A stretch of 64,000 nt of DNA from an uncultured Bacilli bacterium. GTDB lineage: Bacteria; Bacillota_I; Bacilli_A; RF39; UBA660. Shown in pieces: positions 8,160-16,880 of this stretch. The notes below the pieces were generated by a model. It was given only the letters and a program-made list of their open reading frames with translations, ran no database searches and was not told the origin of the DNA. Made by a program: the position numbers and the translations under genes. The stretch is from positions 564-64,563 of the forward strand of contig CANQVB010000001.1 of NCBI GenBank assembly GCA_947627225.1. The letters are read 5' to 3'. The stretch's first letter is position 1, and every line of letters starts with the position of its first letter.

Positions 8160-10589
8160 TTACACCTCTCCAATATATTTTAATAAATTTAAGAACAAGT
8201 GCATGTATTCCTTTGACAAGCCTTGTTTTTTTAATTTTCGAATTGCAATTCTTTTTTTACTAATGGTGTTCTCTCCAAAAATAATGGCTGCAATTTGCTC
8301 TTTTAAATACGTGTTAATTTGTAAGTCCATTAAAATACTATTAATATCTTCATTGATGACACGAACGGCATCAATTTCAATATCTTTTCCCTTACAATTG
8401 ATGGTAACCTGACCAATGGTTGGAACAGCAGTAAGTTCTACTAAAAAGTCATTATCTTCTACATAAGCATTCAGTGCAATCTTTTGATCATTAAAAAATG
8501 CTTCTACGGTATCTGCTTCTTTGGTATTTCGAAACCGAATTTTATAATTTCTCTCTTGTGGTGCGATTCCACTCTTACCTTCCTTAGAACGAATAATCAG
8601 CGTGTAATTATTCTGTAAGTAATTATAATCAAAATCTGTTTTTAAGTAGAAACCTTCTTTATAAAGCGAAGTCAATCCATCATCTTCATAAAGAGTATAT
8701 GTATTCGATACACCTGGGAAAATATGTACTTCCATATCAAGAGGCAGACCAACATTATTTCGATCACTTCGATTAGAAAGTGGAATAATAGCACCACTTT
8801 TTGCAAAAACAGGATATTCTTCTTCTGTATAGAAGGAAACATACTTCTTATTTCCTAAAAACTTTTTCCCTGTATTAAATTCATACCAAATTCCATCTGG
8901 AATGAAAAAGCGTTGTATCGTTCGATTCATCGTTGAATCTTTTCGTGTTAAAATAGGACAAATTAACAAAGAACTTCCAAAAAAATACTGATTCTTGTAG
9001 GATGCATCATCATATACCCATGGATACCGATAGTAAAAGGGTTCCACCAAGACCTTTCCTTCACTATAATACCGGTATGCTTCCGTGTATAAGTAAGGAA
9101 TCAAACGATGACGAAGACGCATATAGTCATTTACAATGGTTTCTGTCTTGATATCCCAAAGCCAAGGTTCTCTTTTATAATAGTTTCCTCTTGCTGCATG
9201 GAATCTAAAAATTGGACTAAAACAACCCAGTTCTACATAACGAATATAAAGTTCACTTTCTTCAATTCCTCCATGGTTTCCTCCAATATCATGACTCCAC
9301 CAAGAGACTCCAATATTCGCAGCACTTAAATTAGAAAAAGCAATATCTTCTAACCCTTGCCAAGATACCTCGCTACTTCCAGCATAAAGAATTGGATAAC
9401 AATGTCCTCTATAAAGTCCATTTCTAGAGAGAAGAAGGCTCCGTTTCGCAGGATTCCTTCCAGAATCTAAATAGAGCATCCGGTTATAAGAAAGTAGTGT
9501 ATAAGGATTTCCTTCTGCTTGATAGTCACTCCAAAAAAAATCAACGCCTAATGCTTCTAATGGATGCAAGAAAAGTTTAAAATAAACGTCCATTAACTTT
9601 GAATTCAGTGGATCGAATAAAATAATTTTATTGTTTGTAATTCCTAGATATTCACATGCTTTTTGATAATATGCTTCATGTGGGTAAATTCCAGCGGCAG
9701 GATCAATGCGAAGTCCAAGACGAATGTTTCTCTCATGCAATTTATAAATCGTATCCCCTGGATTTGGAAAAAGCGCTTGATTAAACGTAAATCCTGTTTT
9801 TAACTCTTTTAAATCTCCTACATTTCGATAATGCCAATCCTTATCCAACAAAAAAATGGCAATTGGGATTTTTCTTCGTTCAAATTGGGATGCAAGTGTT
9901 AATAGACTATTGCTATCATAAGTTTGATTTCGACACCACCAATTTCCAAGTGCATATCGTGGAAGAAGCGCAGGCATCCCTGTTAAGCGAAAATAATCTT
10001 GTAACGCAAGATGGAAATCTTTATAGTAAAGGAAAACATATATATCAAGGCCTTCTCCACTTCTGTTGGCAAGTGTCCCATCTTCCAAGAATAAAAGCGA
10101 GCGACTGTCATCAATGGATGCAAAACCATCTAAAGAATAAAGTCCCCGGTTACTTCTTCGACTGGTTTTGATGTCTTTAGAAATCATATTCCCACCAAAA
10201 TTTTTTGCTTCGGGATGTCCATAATACCAATCTCGATTATTTTCCTTAGAATTGGTTAGTAAGGTTATTTTTAAATTCTTCATCGGATCCACTTTACTTC
10301 CAGTAAAAGGAGCTTCTTTCACATAAGTGAGTTGAAAATAAGCTGTTTTTATCTCTAAAAACTTTGCATCTTGGCGAACCTCAAATTGTGGATAACCTAA
10401 ATATCTATTTTGTACCAATTGACTGGGTGCATCTACAAAAAGACCCGCCTCATTATATTCTAGGCGAACAAGACGTTCTGTTAAGACTGTAATGCGATAC
10501 TTTTTTCCTTTGAAGATACACTTTTCATCTGCAATACCCTTAGCTGTGTCAACTTCAAACTGCTTTCCTAATGGATACATCTCATTCAC
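8160..10589 (-). CDS. Glycoside hydrolase family 31 protein (alpha-glucosidase or alpha-xylosidase-like)
   Basis: The 809 aa product contains WSHDIGG followed by YIRYVELGCFSPIFRFH, the characteristic GH31 catalytic region. A GVDFFWSDYQ region is also present. Confidence 0.8.
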   Translation of the reverse strand: MNEMYPLGKQFEVDTAKGIADEKCIFKGKKYRITVLTERLVRLEYNEAGLFVDAPSQLVQNRYLGYPQFEVRQDAKFLEIKTAYFQLTYVKEAPFTGSKVDPMKNLKITLLTNSKENNRDWYYGHPEAKNFGGNMISKDIKTSRRSNRGLYSLDGFASIDDSRSLLFLEDGTLANRSGEGLDIYVFLYYKDFHLALQDYFRLTGMPALLPRYALGNWWCRNQTYDSNSLLTLASQFERRKIPIAIFLLDKDWHYRNVGDLKELKTGFTFNQALFPNPGDTIYKLHERNIRLGLRIDPAAGIYPHEAYYQKACEYLGITNNKIILFDPLNSKLMDVYFKLFLHPLEALGVDFFWSDYQAEGNPYTLLSYNRMLYLDSGRNPAKRSLLLSRNGLYRGHCYPILYAGSSEVSWQGLEDIAFSNLSAANIGVSWWSHDIGGNHGGIEESELYIRYVELGCFSPIFRFHAARGNYYKREPWLWDIKTETIVNDYMRLRHRLIPYLYTEAYRYYSEGKVLVEPFYYRYPWVYDDASYKNQYFFGSSLLICPILTRKDSTMNRTIQRFFIPDGIWYEFNTGKKFLGNKKYVSFYTEEEYPVFAKSGAIIPLSNRSDRNNVGLPLDMEVHIFPGVSNTYTLYEDDGLTSLYKEGFYLKTDFDYNYLQNNYTLIIRSKEGKSGIAPQERNYKIRFRNTKEADTVEAFFNDQKIALNAYVEDNDFLVELTAVPTIGQVTINCKGKDIEIDAVRVINEDINSILMDLQINTYLKEQIAAIIFGENTISKKRIAIRKLKKQGLSKEYMHLFLNLLKYIGEV

Positions 10590-10653
10590 CCTTCCTATTC
10601 TATTCTAGTATAAAGATACCACAAAAAAGAAAAGAAGGAAAGTATAAGTTCAT

Positions 10654-10795
10654 TTGAGTTTCGGTATTTTTTTTACAACAGTTGCAAAATTAGTCAATAA
10701 ATATCAATAGAATGCAATAAAGACAAATTGTTTAGTATCCATAACATTTTTTTATTGCTATTTCAATAATTCTATAAATTTTACCGGAACTCAAA
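10654..10795. repeat. MITE-like 142-bp element copy 1, with 13-bp imperfect terminal inverted repeats (TTGAGTTTCGGTA / TACCGGAACTCAA)
   Basis: The sequence is near-identical to copies at 12940..13081 and 13091..13233. It is flanked by the direct repeat ataagttcatttg at 10643..10655 and 10795..10807. Confidence 0.6.
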
Positions 10796-10975
10796 TAAGT
10801 TCATTTGCATTTCAGTTTAGGATACATTTAGCATAGAACTCAACCTTTCCAACTCTGTTTTTCTAACAAAAGAAAAAACCAATCTTTCAATTGATTCCTA
10901 TATCAGAAGTTCGAACAGATTCGTCAATGGTTCCCTAAAGGAAGAAGTATGACAACTTTTTGACAAAAGAAATAG

Positions 10976-11599
10976 TTAGTAATATTTTCTATCTCTTGCA
11001 TGTGCCCAAGCGTCAGCTTCTTTTCTTCTAATTCTTTTAAATTTTTTTGCTAATCTTTTATTTGCATTACTAACTTGTTTTCTTATATTGTTAGCTGAAA
11101 ATCTATAATTTGATTCAGGTAAATGAATTAAAAGGTATTTTGCATAAGATCTTAAGTAAAAATTATGGATACCCTCAATTTCGTTCATAATTTCATCTGA
11201 GTTTTCTAAAGTACATCTTTTAACAAGAGTATAACAAATTGTTTGTTCATCTTTGGTTAATTTTAATTTTGCATATTTTTGTATATCAAAGTTAGGAATG
11301 TTACTTTTGATTTTATTGAATTTTTCATGTTTTTCTAAAGTAGTTTGTCCAATACTAAAATGTCTATTTTCAACATCAGGTTTATTTCCAGTTGTTTCTT
11401 CAATAAATGAATACAAATTATTTATATTATATAAAATGAATCTATCTTCAATTAATCTATCTTTATACATCGCATTATTTAAATTAGAGGTAAAACATTC
11501 AGGCATATATTCAATCCATTTTCTTAGACTTTCAACATCTGCTAAATCAATGAAATCATCTGTACATATTGTTATCATAAAACTATTCCTTTTTTTCAA
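10976..11599 (-). CDS. Hypothetical protein (AT-rich accessory gene)
   Basis: The 207 aa ORF has no recognisable motif. Its composition is much more AT-rich than the flanking core genes. It lies between MITE copy 1 and the type I TA-like modules. Confidence 0.45.
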   Translation of the reverse strand: MKKRNSFMITICTDDFIDLADVESLRKWIEYMPECFTSNLNNAMYKDRLIEDRFILYNINNLYSFIEETTGNKPDVENRHFSIGQTTLEKHEKFNKIKSNIPNFDIQKYAKLKLTKDEQTICYTLVKRCTLENSDEIMNEIEGIHNFYLRSYAKYLLIHLPESNYRFSANNIRKQVSNANKRLAKKFKRIRRKEADAWAHARDRKYY

Positions 11600-11916
11600 A
11601 CTGTATTATATCAACACATTATTTCTAAATTTTTAAAAATTTAGAAATTTCGTGTCTTTTTGCAGTATCTATAATATCATAAAAATTTATTCTTGACAAA
11701 TCTTAGAATGTCATTTTTTTAAATACTCATTATATTTTTAACAAAACTATTATTTTAGACATGCATATTGGCTTGGCAATATGCATGTGTGTTTTCTAAA
11801 TTATCAAAATTTAATATAAAAATGATTGTGCAAGAAACAAACGTTTGATATAATTGCTTCAGGAACATTTAATAGTTGGGTGATTGCCAAACTTCATAAA
11901 GAAGGGAGGCGTTAGC

Positions 11917-12000
11917 ATGAATAAGAAGGATTTTTTAATTCTATCTTTAGTAATTCTTATCTTCCTATTAATATTACTACTATTTATAGTTTTAATATAA
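11917..12000 (+). CDS. Small hydrophobic peptide (27 aa, MNKKDFLILSLVILIFLLILLLFIVLI), putative type I toxin (module P1)
   Basis: The SD AAGGGAGG lies 8 nt upstream of the ATG. The peptide is a single predicted TM helix with a KK-D N-terminus. It has three paralogs in the window, with conserved flanks including a TATAAT -10 element upstream. Confidence 0.4.
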   Translation: MNKKDFLILSLVILIFLLILLLFIVLI

Positions 12001-12002
12001 AA

Positions 12003-12085
12003 AGAAAATCACCTAACTCAGCAATGATTTAGGTGAAACCAAAATTATATTGGCAACACTCAACATGCGATATTGAATGTTCCTT
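12003..12085 (-). ncRNA. Putative antisense sRNA (antitoxin RNA candidate) convergent to the P1 small ORF
   Basis: A minus-strand promoter-like TATAAT lies at about 12090..12095 (top-strand attata), preceded by TTGTCA. A conserved roughly 80-nt segment ends at the hairpin tcacctaa...ttaggtga (12009..12035) followed by a U tract on the minus strand. The whole arrangement is conserved in all four modules. Confidence 0.3.
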
Positions 12086-12269
12086 TTTTATTATATGCAA
12101 GTTTCCTTGACAAATACACCATAACATAAAAACGCACTTTTATCAAGTACGTTATCTATTTTTTACTCGAATTTTCCGAGTTTGGTATCTATCTGGTGGA
12201 ATTAATGAAACTAAAAACAAACTATTCTATTTTTCGTGATGGATTTCTTATCGTTGTACCACTAAATAA

Positions 12270-12492
12270 CTAAATTTTATCATAATGCGTCCACATTCTA
12301 ATCATATGAATTTCTTTTTTTTCTTCATCCACTTCACAAACAATTCGATGTTGTCTATTAATTCTTCTAGAATATAATCCTGTCAATGCCTAATTCATAA
12401 AAATAAAATATTCCTTCACTCGTAGTAGAATTATCTGGCTTGAATCTTTCAAATGTAGATAATTCTTCTTTTTTTAAGAAAATACGATTCAT
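12270..12492 (-). pseudogene. Decayed remnant of a YoeB/Txe-family type II toxin gene, with an internal stop/frameshift and no partner antitoxin gene
   Basis: The minus-strand translation gives ALTGLYSRRINRQHRIVCEVDEEKKEIHMIRMWTHYDKI, matching the YoeB C-terminal consensus (YSRRI..EHRLVY..R.HY). The N-terminal part is in another frame after a stop (MNRIFLKK...ELGIDRIIF*). No yefM/axe-like gene lies upstream. Confidence 0.5.
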
Positions 12493-12698
12493 ATATTTAT
12501 CCTTTCTGATATTTATAATAAGTATGTTATCATATTTGCCCATTGTAAAAAGACAATGGGCAAGTGTGTTTTTCTAAATTGTCACAATTTAATATAAAAG
12601 TATTGTGCCAAGAACAATTGTTTGGTATGATTATTTTAGGAACATTTGATGTTGAGTGTCTGCCTCCAATCTTTTACAAGAAAGGGGGATTGATAAAG

Positions 12699-12791
12699 AT
12701 GAAGAAAAGAATTTTTATAATAAAGATTCTTCGATACATTGCTATCATTTTATTTCTCCTATCTTTATTGGTAGCGATAATAAAAAAATGA
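12699..12791 (+). CDS. Small hydrophobic peptide (30 aa, MKKRIFIIKILRYIAIILFLLSLLVAIIKK), putative type I toxin (module P2)
   Basis: The SD AAAGGGGGA precedes the ATG. It is a paralog of the 11917..12000 peptide with a conserved upstream leader and promoter (TATGAT -10) and a conserved downstream antisense-promoter block. Confidence 0.4.
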   Translation: MKKRIFIIKILRYIAIILFLLSLLVAIIKK

Positions 12792-12875
12792 CACTCTTTC
12801 AACGCTGAACGAGTGTCGTAACTCATAATGAGGCGACATTCACTTTCGGAATTGAATGTTCCTCTTTTTTTATTT
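12781..12875 (-). ncRNA. Putative antisense sRNA convergent to the P2 small ORF
   Basis: A minus-strand -10 TAAAAT with upstream TTGTCA lies at about 12880. The transcript would end at the hairpin gacactc...gagtgtc (12790..12818), followed on the minus strand by a U tract that overlaps the sORF stop codon. Confidence 0.3.
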
Positions 12876-12939
12876 TATGCAAGTTCCCTTGACAAATACA
12901 CAATAACATAAAAAAGAACTTTTTGCAAGCTCTCTATAT

Positions 12940-13081
12940 TTGAGTTTCGGTATTTTTTTTACAACAGTTGCAAAATTAGTCAATAAATATCAATAGAATG
13001 CAATAAAGACAAATTGTTTAGTATCCATAACATTTTTTTATTGCTATTTCAATAATTCTATAAATTTTACCGGAACTCAAA
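12940..13081. repeat. MITE-like 142-bp element copy 2
   Basis: It has the same 13-bp TIRs and near-identical internal sequence as copy 1. It lies in tandem with copy 3 and is preceded by ctctatatt. Confidence 0.6.
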
Positions 13082-13090
13082 CTCTATATT

Positions 13091-13233
13091 TTGAGTTTCG
13101 GTATTTTTTTTACAACAGTTGCAAAATTAGTCAATAAATATCAATAGAATGCAATAAAGACAAATTGTTTAGTATCCATAACTTTTTTTTATTGCTATTT
13201 CAATAATTCTATAAAATTTTACCGGAACTCAAA
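13091..13233. repeat. MITE-like element copy 3, in tandem with copy 2
   Basis: It is near-identical to copies 1 and 2. The 9-bp ctctatatt precedes both tandem copies, and an imperfect tctctatatc follows copy 3. Confidence 0.6.
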
Positions 13234-13489
13234 TCTCTATATCAAAGTCCGAAAAATTTCTCAATCAACATCTACAAATTTAGTGAATGAATTGTTCTCA
13301 TATTGCATGCAAGTCGTGAACGACAAAAATGTAATGCCAGCCTCTTGTTTCGTTTATTCTCTAGACAAAGAATAAATAGATCCTATTGTTATGAACCTTT
13401 TATTCTTCTTCGTAGGAAAAAGAAGATAGGCGTTGTACTTTCCTTAGATATCAAATCTTGATAACTCGCGAACTTAACAAAAAAGGATT

Positions 13490-14632
13490 CTAGGAATTTT
13501 TTTCTAAAAACATCATGTAATATTCATCATATGTAATATTATGGTCATGAATATATTTTGCCGCCTTTATTCCAACATAGCGATAATGCCAAGCTTCACA
13601 CTTGTATCCTGTAATTTCTTCTTTTGATTTAGGATAGCGCAAAATAAAGCCATATTCGTACGCATGATCCATCATCCAGCCATATTCTTCACTTTCTACA
13701 AAAATTGAGACATCTTGGCTCGCTACATCAATACTCATTCCAGTCTGGTGTTCTGAAAAACCTGCTTTCGCAACATAGTTATCAACATAGTTTTGTCCAT
13801 AAGCTTCCCGATATAATTCCATCGTATCTAGCTGATCTTGATAACTTCGATACCCAGAATTAATTAGAATATGCTTTCCATCTTTTAAAGCTTCTTGCAT
13901 CATTCGTTTAAAAGCAGAGAGTACACTTTGATGAACCATGATTTCATCATTTTTGTTTTTCAAGTATTCGCTAGGTACCTCTTTTAATTGCTTTGGCACA
14001 AATTTTTCTGTAAGCATCCTATGTTTATTGACCAGCACATCTTCGCTAAACGTATCAATTTTGATTGGATTGGTATACTCTTCTTGATCAAAATCCATAT
14101 TGACGTGTAATACTGTCGTTTCTGCATCTTCTCGTTCTTTATCATAGTAAGCAACATAGCGATCATAGTTTTTTAATTTGGCGTAGGGAATGGAAAAATA
14201 CTGTTCTAAATATTTGACTTTTTTTCGTTTGGCAAAGGCGCTGACATCCTCGTTATTTCCATGCGCTAAAATCATAGAAATTTCATTGGCCTTATACCCT
14301 TTTTTTATCAATTTATTAATATTTTTAATCAGATCTTTTTGCTTTTGATATGTAACTTTCTTGTAGACCTGCAAATTATCTTGTACATAATCCTTACTTT
14401 CAAAAGCAGCATTCACCGTTTTATTTTCTCCAATTTCTTTCACAGCACCTATTTGCCATTTTTGAACAATGGAAGAAATGGCTTGATTACTATACCCCAA
14501 CTTTTTTAAAGAATTCTTTTCACTATTTATATAGCTAAATACAACCAAGAAAACTGCGATTACAATTCCTGCCACTTTTAATTTTTTTAATACACTTGGT
14601 TTTAACTTCCATGTTTTTTTCAAATTCTTCAC
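13490..14632 (-). CDS. Peptidase M15B family protein (D-alanyl-D-alanine carboxypeptidase, VanY-like) with an N-terminal membrane anchor
   Basis: Motifs SEHQTGMSIDVA and EAWHYRYVG with GFILRYP match the VanY/LAS metallopeptidase signature. An N-terminal TM segment is present. Confidence 0.8.
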   Translation of the reverse strand: MKNLKKTWKLKPSVLKKLKVAGIVIAVFLVVFSYINSEKNSLKKLGYSNQAISSIVQKWQIGAVKEIGENKTVNAAFESKDYVQDNLQVYKKVTYQKQKDLIKNINKLIKKGYKANEISMILAHGNNEDVSAFAKRKKVKYLEQYFSIPYAKLKNYDRYVAYYDKEREDAETTVLHVNMDFDQEEYTNPIKIDTFSEDVLVNKHRMLTEKFVPKQLKEVPSEYLKNKNDEIMVHQSVLSAFKRMMQEALKDGKHILINSGYRSYQDQLDTMELYREAYGQNYVDNYVAKAGFSEHQTGMSIDVASQDVSIFVESEEYGWMMDHAYEYGFILRYPKSKEEITGYKCEAWHYRYVGIKAAKYIHDHNITYDEYYMMFLEKNS

Positions 14633-14707
14633 TTCCCTATTATCTTAAGTATACCATGTTTTTTATAGTTTATGGTATACTAAAACGAAAGGAAGTGATT
14701 TTAAAAC

Positions 14708-15670
14708 ATGCCAGATAAAAAACAAAAGAATCCCTTTCCTTATAGTTCTGATAATAAACGATATCATACGCTTACTTATCATTATCAAAAACGTTTCGGC
14801 GGAAAAGTTGCGAAAGCAAGTTTGAATGCAGGATTTTCTTGTCCTAATTTAGATGGTACAAAAGGATATGGAGGATGTATTTATTGCTCCAAAAGTGGTA
14901 GTGGAGAGTTCGCAGGAGAAAAAACACTGCCCCCTTTGATGCAATTTGAACAAATGAAAAACAGAATGATGAAAAAATGGGAAGATGCCAAATGGATTGC
15001 TTATTTCCAAGCAAGAAGTAACACGTATGCACCTGTTTCTTTCTTGAAAAAAATCTATGAACCTTTTTTAGAAAAAGAGGATGTCTTAGGAATTGCAATC
15101 GCAACAAGACCAGATACGCTATCTGAAGAATGTCTTTCTTATTTAAAAGAGATGAATCAGCGTACCTTTTTAACCGTCGAACTTGGTTTACAAACAATCC
15201 ATGATAAAACTGCCAAATACATCAATCGCTGTTGTTCTTTAGAAGAATTTGAAAAGGCCGTTTTAGAACTTCGTAAAAGAAACATTGAAGTTGTAGTGCA
15301 TATTATCAATGGACTTCCTTATGAAACGAAGGAACAAATGCTACAAACCGTTTCCTATTTAAACCAACTAGATATTCAAGGCATCAAAATTCATATGCTT
15401 CATATTTTAAAAGATACCCCACTTGCCACACGCTATGAGAAAGAAAAATTCAAAGTGTTAACAAAAGAAGAATATGTAGACATTGTCATTTCTCAGTTAG
15501 AAAGGCTGCGTCCTGAAATTGTAATACACAGAATTACTGGAGACCCTAAAAAAGAGGATTTAATCGCACCAGATTGGCTGCTTAAAAAATTCTGTGTTCT
15601 CAATGAAATTGATAAAGAAATGGTAAAACGAAATACTTATCAAGGAAAACAGTTATCCACAAAATTGTGA
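14708..15670 (+). CDS. TIGR01212-family radical SAM protein (YhcC-like)
   Basis: The N-terminal block KASLNAGFSCPNLDGTKGYGGCIYCS is characteristic of this radical SAM subfamily. The 320 aa length fits. Confidence 0.7.
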   Translation: MPDKKQKNPFPYSSDNKRYHTLTYHYQKRFGGKVAKASLNAGFSCPNLDGTKGYGGCIYCSKSGSGEFAGEKTLPPLMQFEQMKNRMMKKWEDAKWIAYFQARSNTYAPVSFLKKIYEPFLEKEDVLGIAIATRPDTLSEECLSYLKEMNQRTFLTVELGLQTIHDKTAKYINRCCSLEEFEKAVLELRKRNIEVVVHIINGLPYETKEQMLQTVSYLNQLDIQGIKIHMLHILKDTPLATRYEKEKFKVLTKEEYVDIVISQLERLRPEIVIHRITGDPKKEDLIAPDWLLKKFCVLNEIDKEMVKRNTYQGKQLSTKL

Positions 15671-15679
15671 ATAACTGTT

Positions 15680-16720
15680 TTATTTATGTGTTCCTAAATT
15701 ATTCTTACTACCAAGTGCATGAAAGTCAGGTATCGTTACTTCACTTGCCAATCCATCTTGAATACCAGGATTTAAGTATTCAAGTGTTTGCATACTCACT
15801 TCATTTGCTTTGGCAAAATCAGAAAGACGCATAGTCGCATCATACGGTACTTCATGCAAGTTTTCCTCTAAAACATCATTGTCAACAAGATATGGGATAA
15901 TCACTGTACCGGATGAAAAACTTTCATTATTTTCTTCTAAATCTAAGACATTTACCCCATACGTTTCGGCAATACTTTCCCAAGTTTCTAAAGCTGGATC
16001 GATAGAAACCTCTCTATAAAGATAGGTATTTTCGTCCGTTGCTATTTGATCGATTACTGCATTTAGATTCGCTGAATGATTTTCCTGTTCAGTGGTTTGT
16101 AAAAATCGAAGCTCTGCTTTGTGTTGACGATAACCCTTTATCATATTAAAACCACCTGCTACTATAAAAAGTGTAGTCGTAGCAATTGTAAGTCTTTTAA
16201 TGAGATGTCGTTTTTTCTTTTCTTTCTTTTTTTTCTTTTTAGGAGAAGCTTCCTCGACTTTTTTGCTTAATTCTTCATTACTAGCCAGTAGCTGTTTATT
16301 TTGTTCAATCAGTTTTGATAGATAGTTTTCTAAAAAAGTTTGCATGTCAGGGTTAGCTGTTTGTTTATCGGAATCAGTAGAATTTTTAGGAGGAGTTGTT
16401 TTCTCATCTTCGAAATCATCAGATTCTAAATCTTCCATATCTGAGCTTTCCGTTGGCTCTTGTGGATCAACAGTACCTTCAAAAGTCGCTACTTCCTCAT
16501 CTTCGAAATCATCAAGTTCTAAATCTTCCACATCAGAGCTATCCGTTGGCTCTTGTGGATCAACAGTACCTTCAAAAGCCGCTACTTCCTCGTCTTCGAA
16601 ATCATCAAGTTCTAAATCTTGCTCTTGTTTTTGGTTGGAATCACCTTTCCTATTTTTTCTCATCTGATTGATTTCTTCTTCCATTTCAGGATGAAGAATC
16701 TTAAAATAATCTTTTACCAT
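15680..16720 (-). CDS. Membrane-anchored protein with an acidic tandem-repeat N-terminal region and a C-terminal LysM-like domain
   Basis: The start is taken at MVKDYF, which is preceded by AGGAGA; the track ORF extends upstream to 16942. It contains 31-aa acidic repeats (LELDDFEDEEVAAFEGTVDPQEPTDSSDVED), a K-rich stop-transfer followed by a TM segment, and a LysM-like C-terminal segment. Confidence 0.55.
   Translation of the reverse strand: MVKDYFKILHPEMEEEINQMRKNRKGDSNQKQEQDLELDDFEDEEVAAFEGTVDPQEPTDSSDVEDLELDDFEDEEVATFEGTVDPQEPTESSDMEDLESDDFEDEKTTPPKNSTDSDKQTANPDMQTFLENYLSKLIEQNKQLLASNEELSKKVEEASPKKKKKKEKKKRHLIKRLTIATTTLFIVAGGFNMIKGYRQHKAELRFLQTTEQENHSANLNAVIDQIATDENTYLYREVSIDPALETWESIAETYGVNVLDLEENNESFSSGTVIIPYLVDNDVLEENLHEVPYDATMRLSDFAKANEVSMQTLEYLNPGIQDGLASEVTIPDFHALGSKNNLGTHK
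16407..16630. repeat. 93-bp tandem repeat, about 2.4 copies, inside the CDS
   Basis: Near-identical units start at 16407, 16500 and 16593 (tcttcgaaatcatca...gctacttcctc). They encode the acidic 31-aa repeat. Confidence 0.8.
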
Positions 16721-16880
16721 ACATTCTCTCCTATTTGCGCATATTGTAGCATATTTCCTAAAAAATGACAAGTACCGCCATTTTCTAGACAAAAAAACCG
16801 AATTTTCCTTGTTTCTTAAAAAAACATATATTATAATGAATATAAAGTAGAAGAGCGTAGTAAAATGGATGGTGATTGAA

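Noticed and set aside
11617-11638. Perfect AT-only palindrome tctaaatttttaaaaatttaga upstream of ORF 10976..11599
   Set aside because: It is pure A/T, and low-complexity palindromes are common in AT-rich DNA. It has no GC stem and no adjacent U tract, so it was not called as a terminator.
12940-13233. The tandem repeats could be a CRISPR array
   Set aside because: The units are 142 bp with their own terminal inverted repeats, they are directly abutted without unique spacers, and a third copy lies 2.3 kb away. No cas genes are present.
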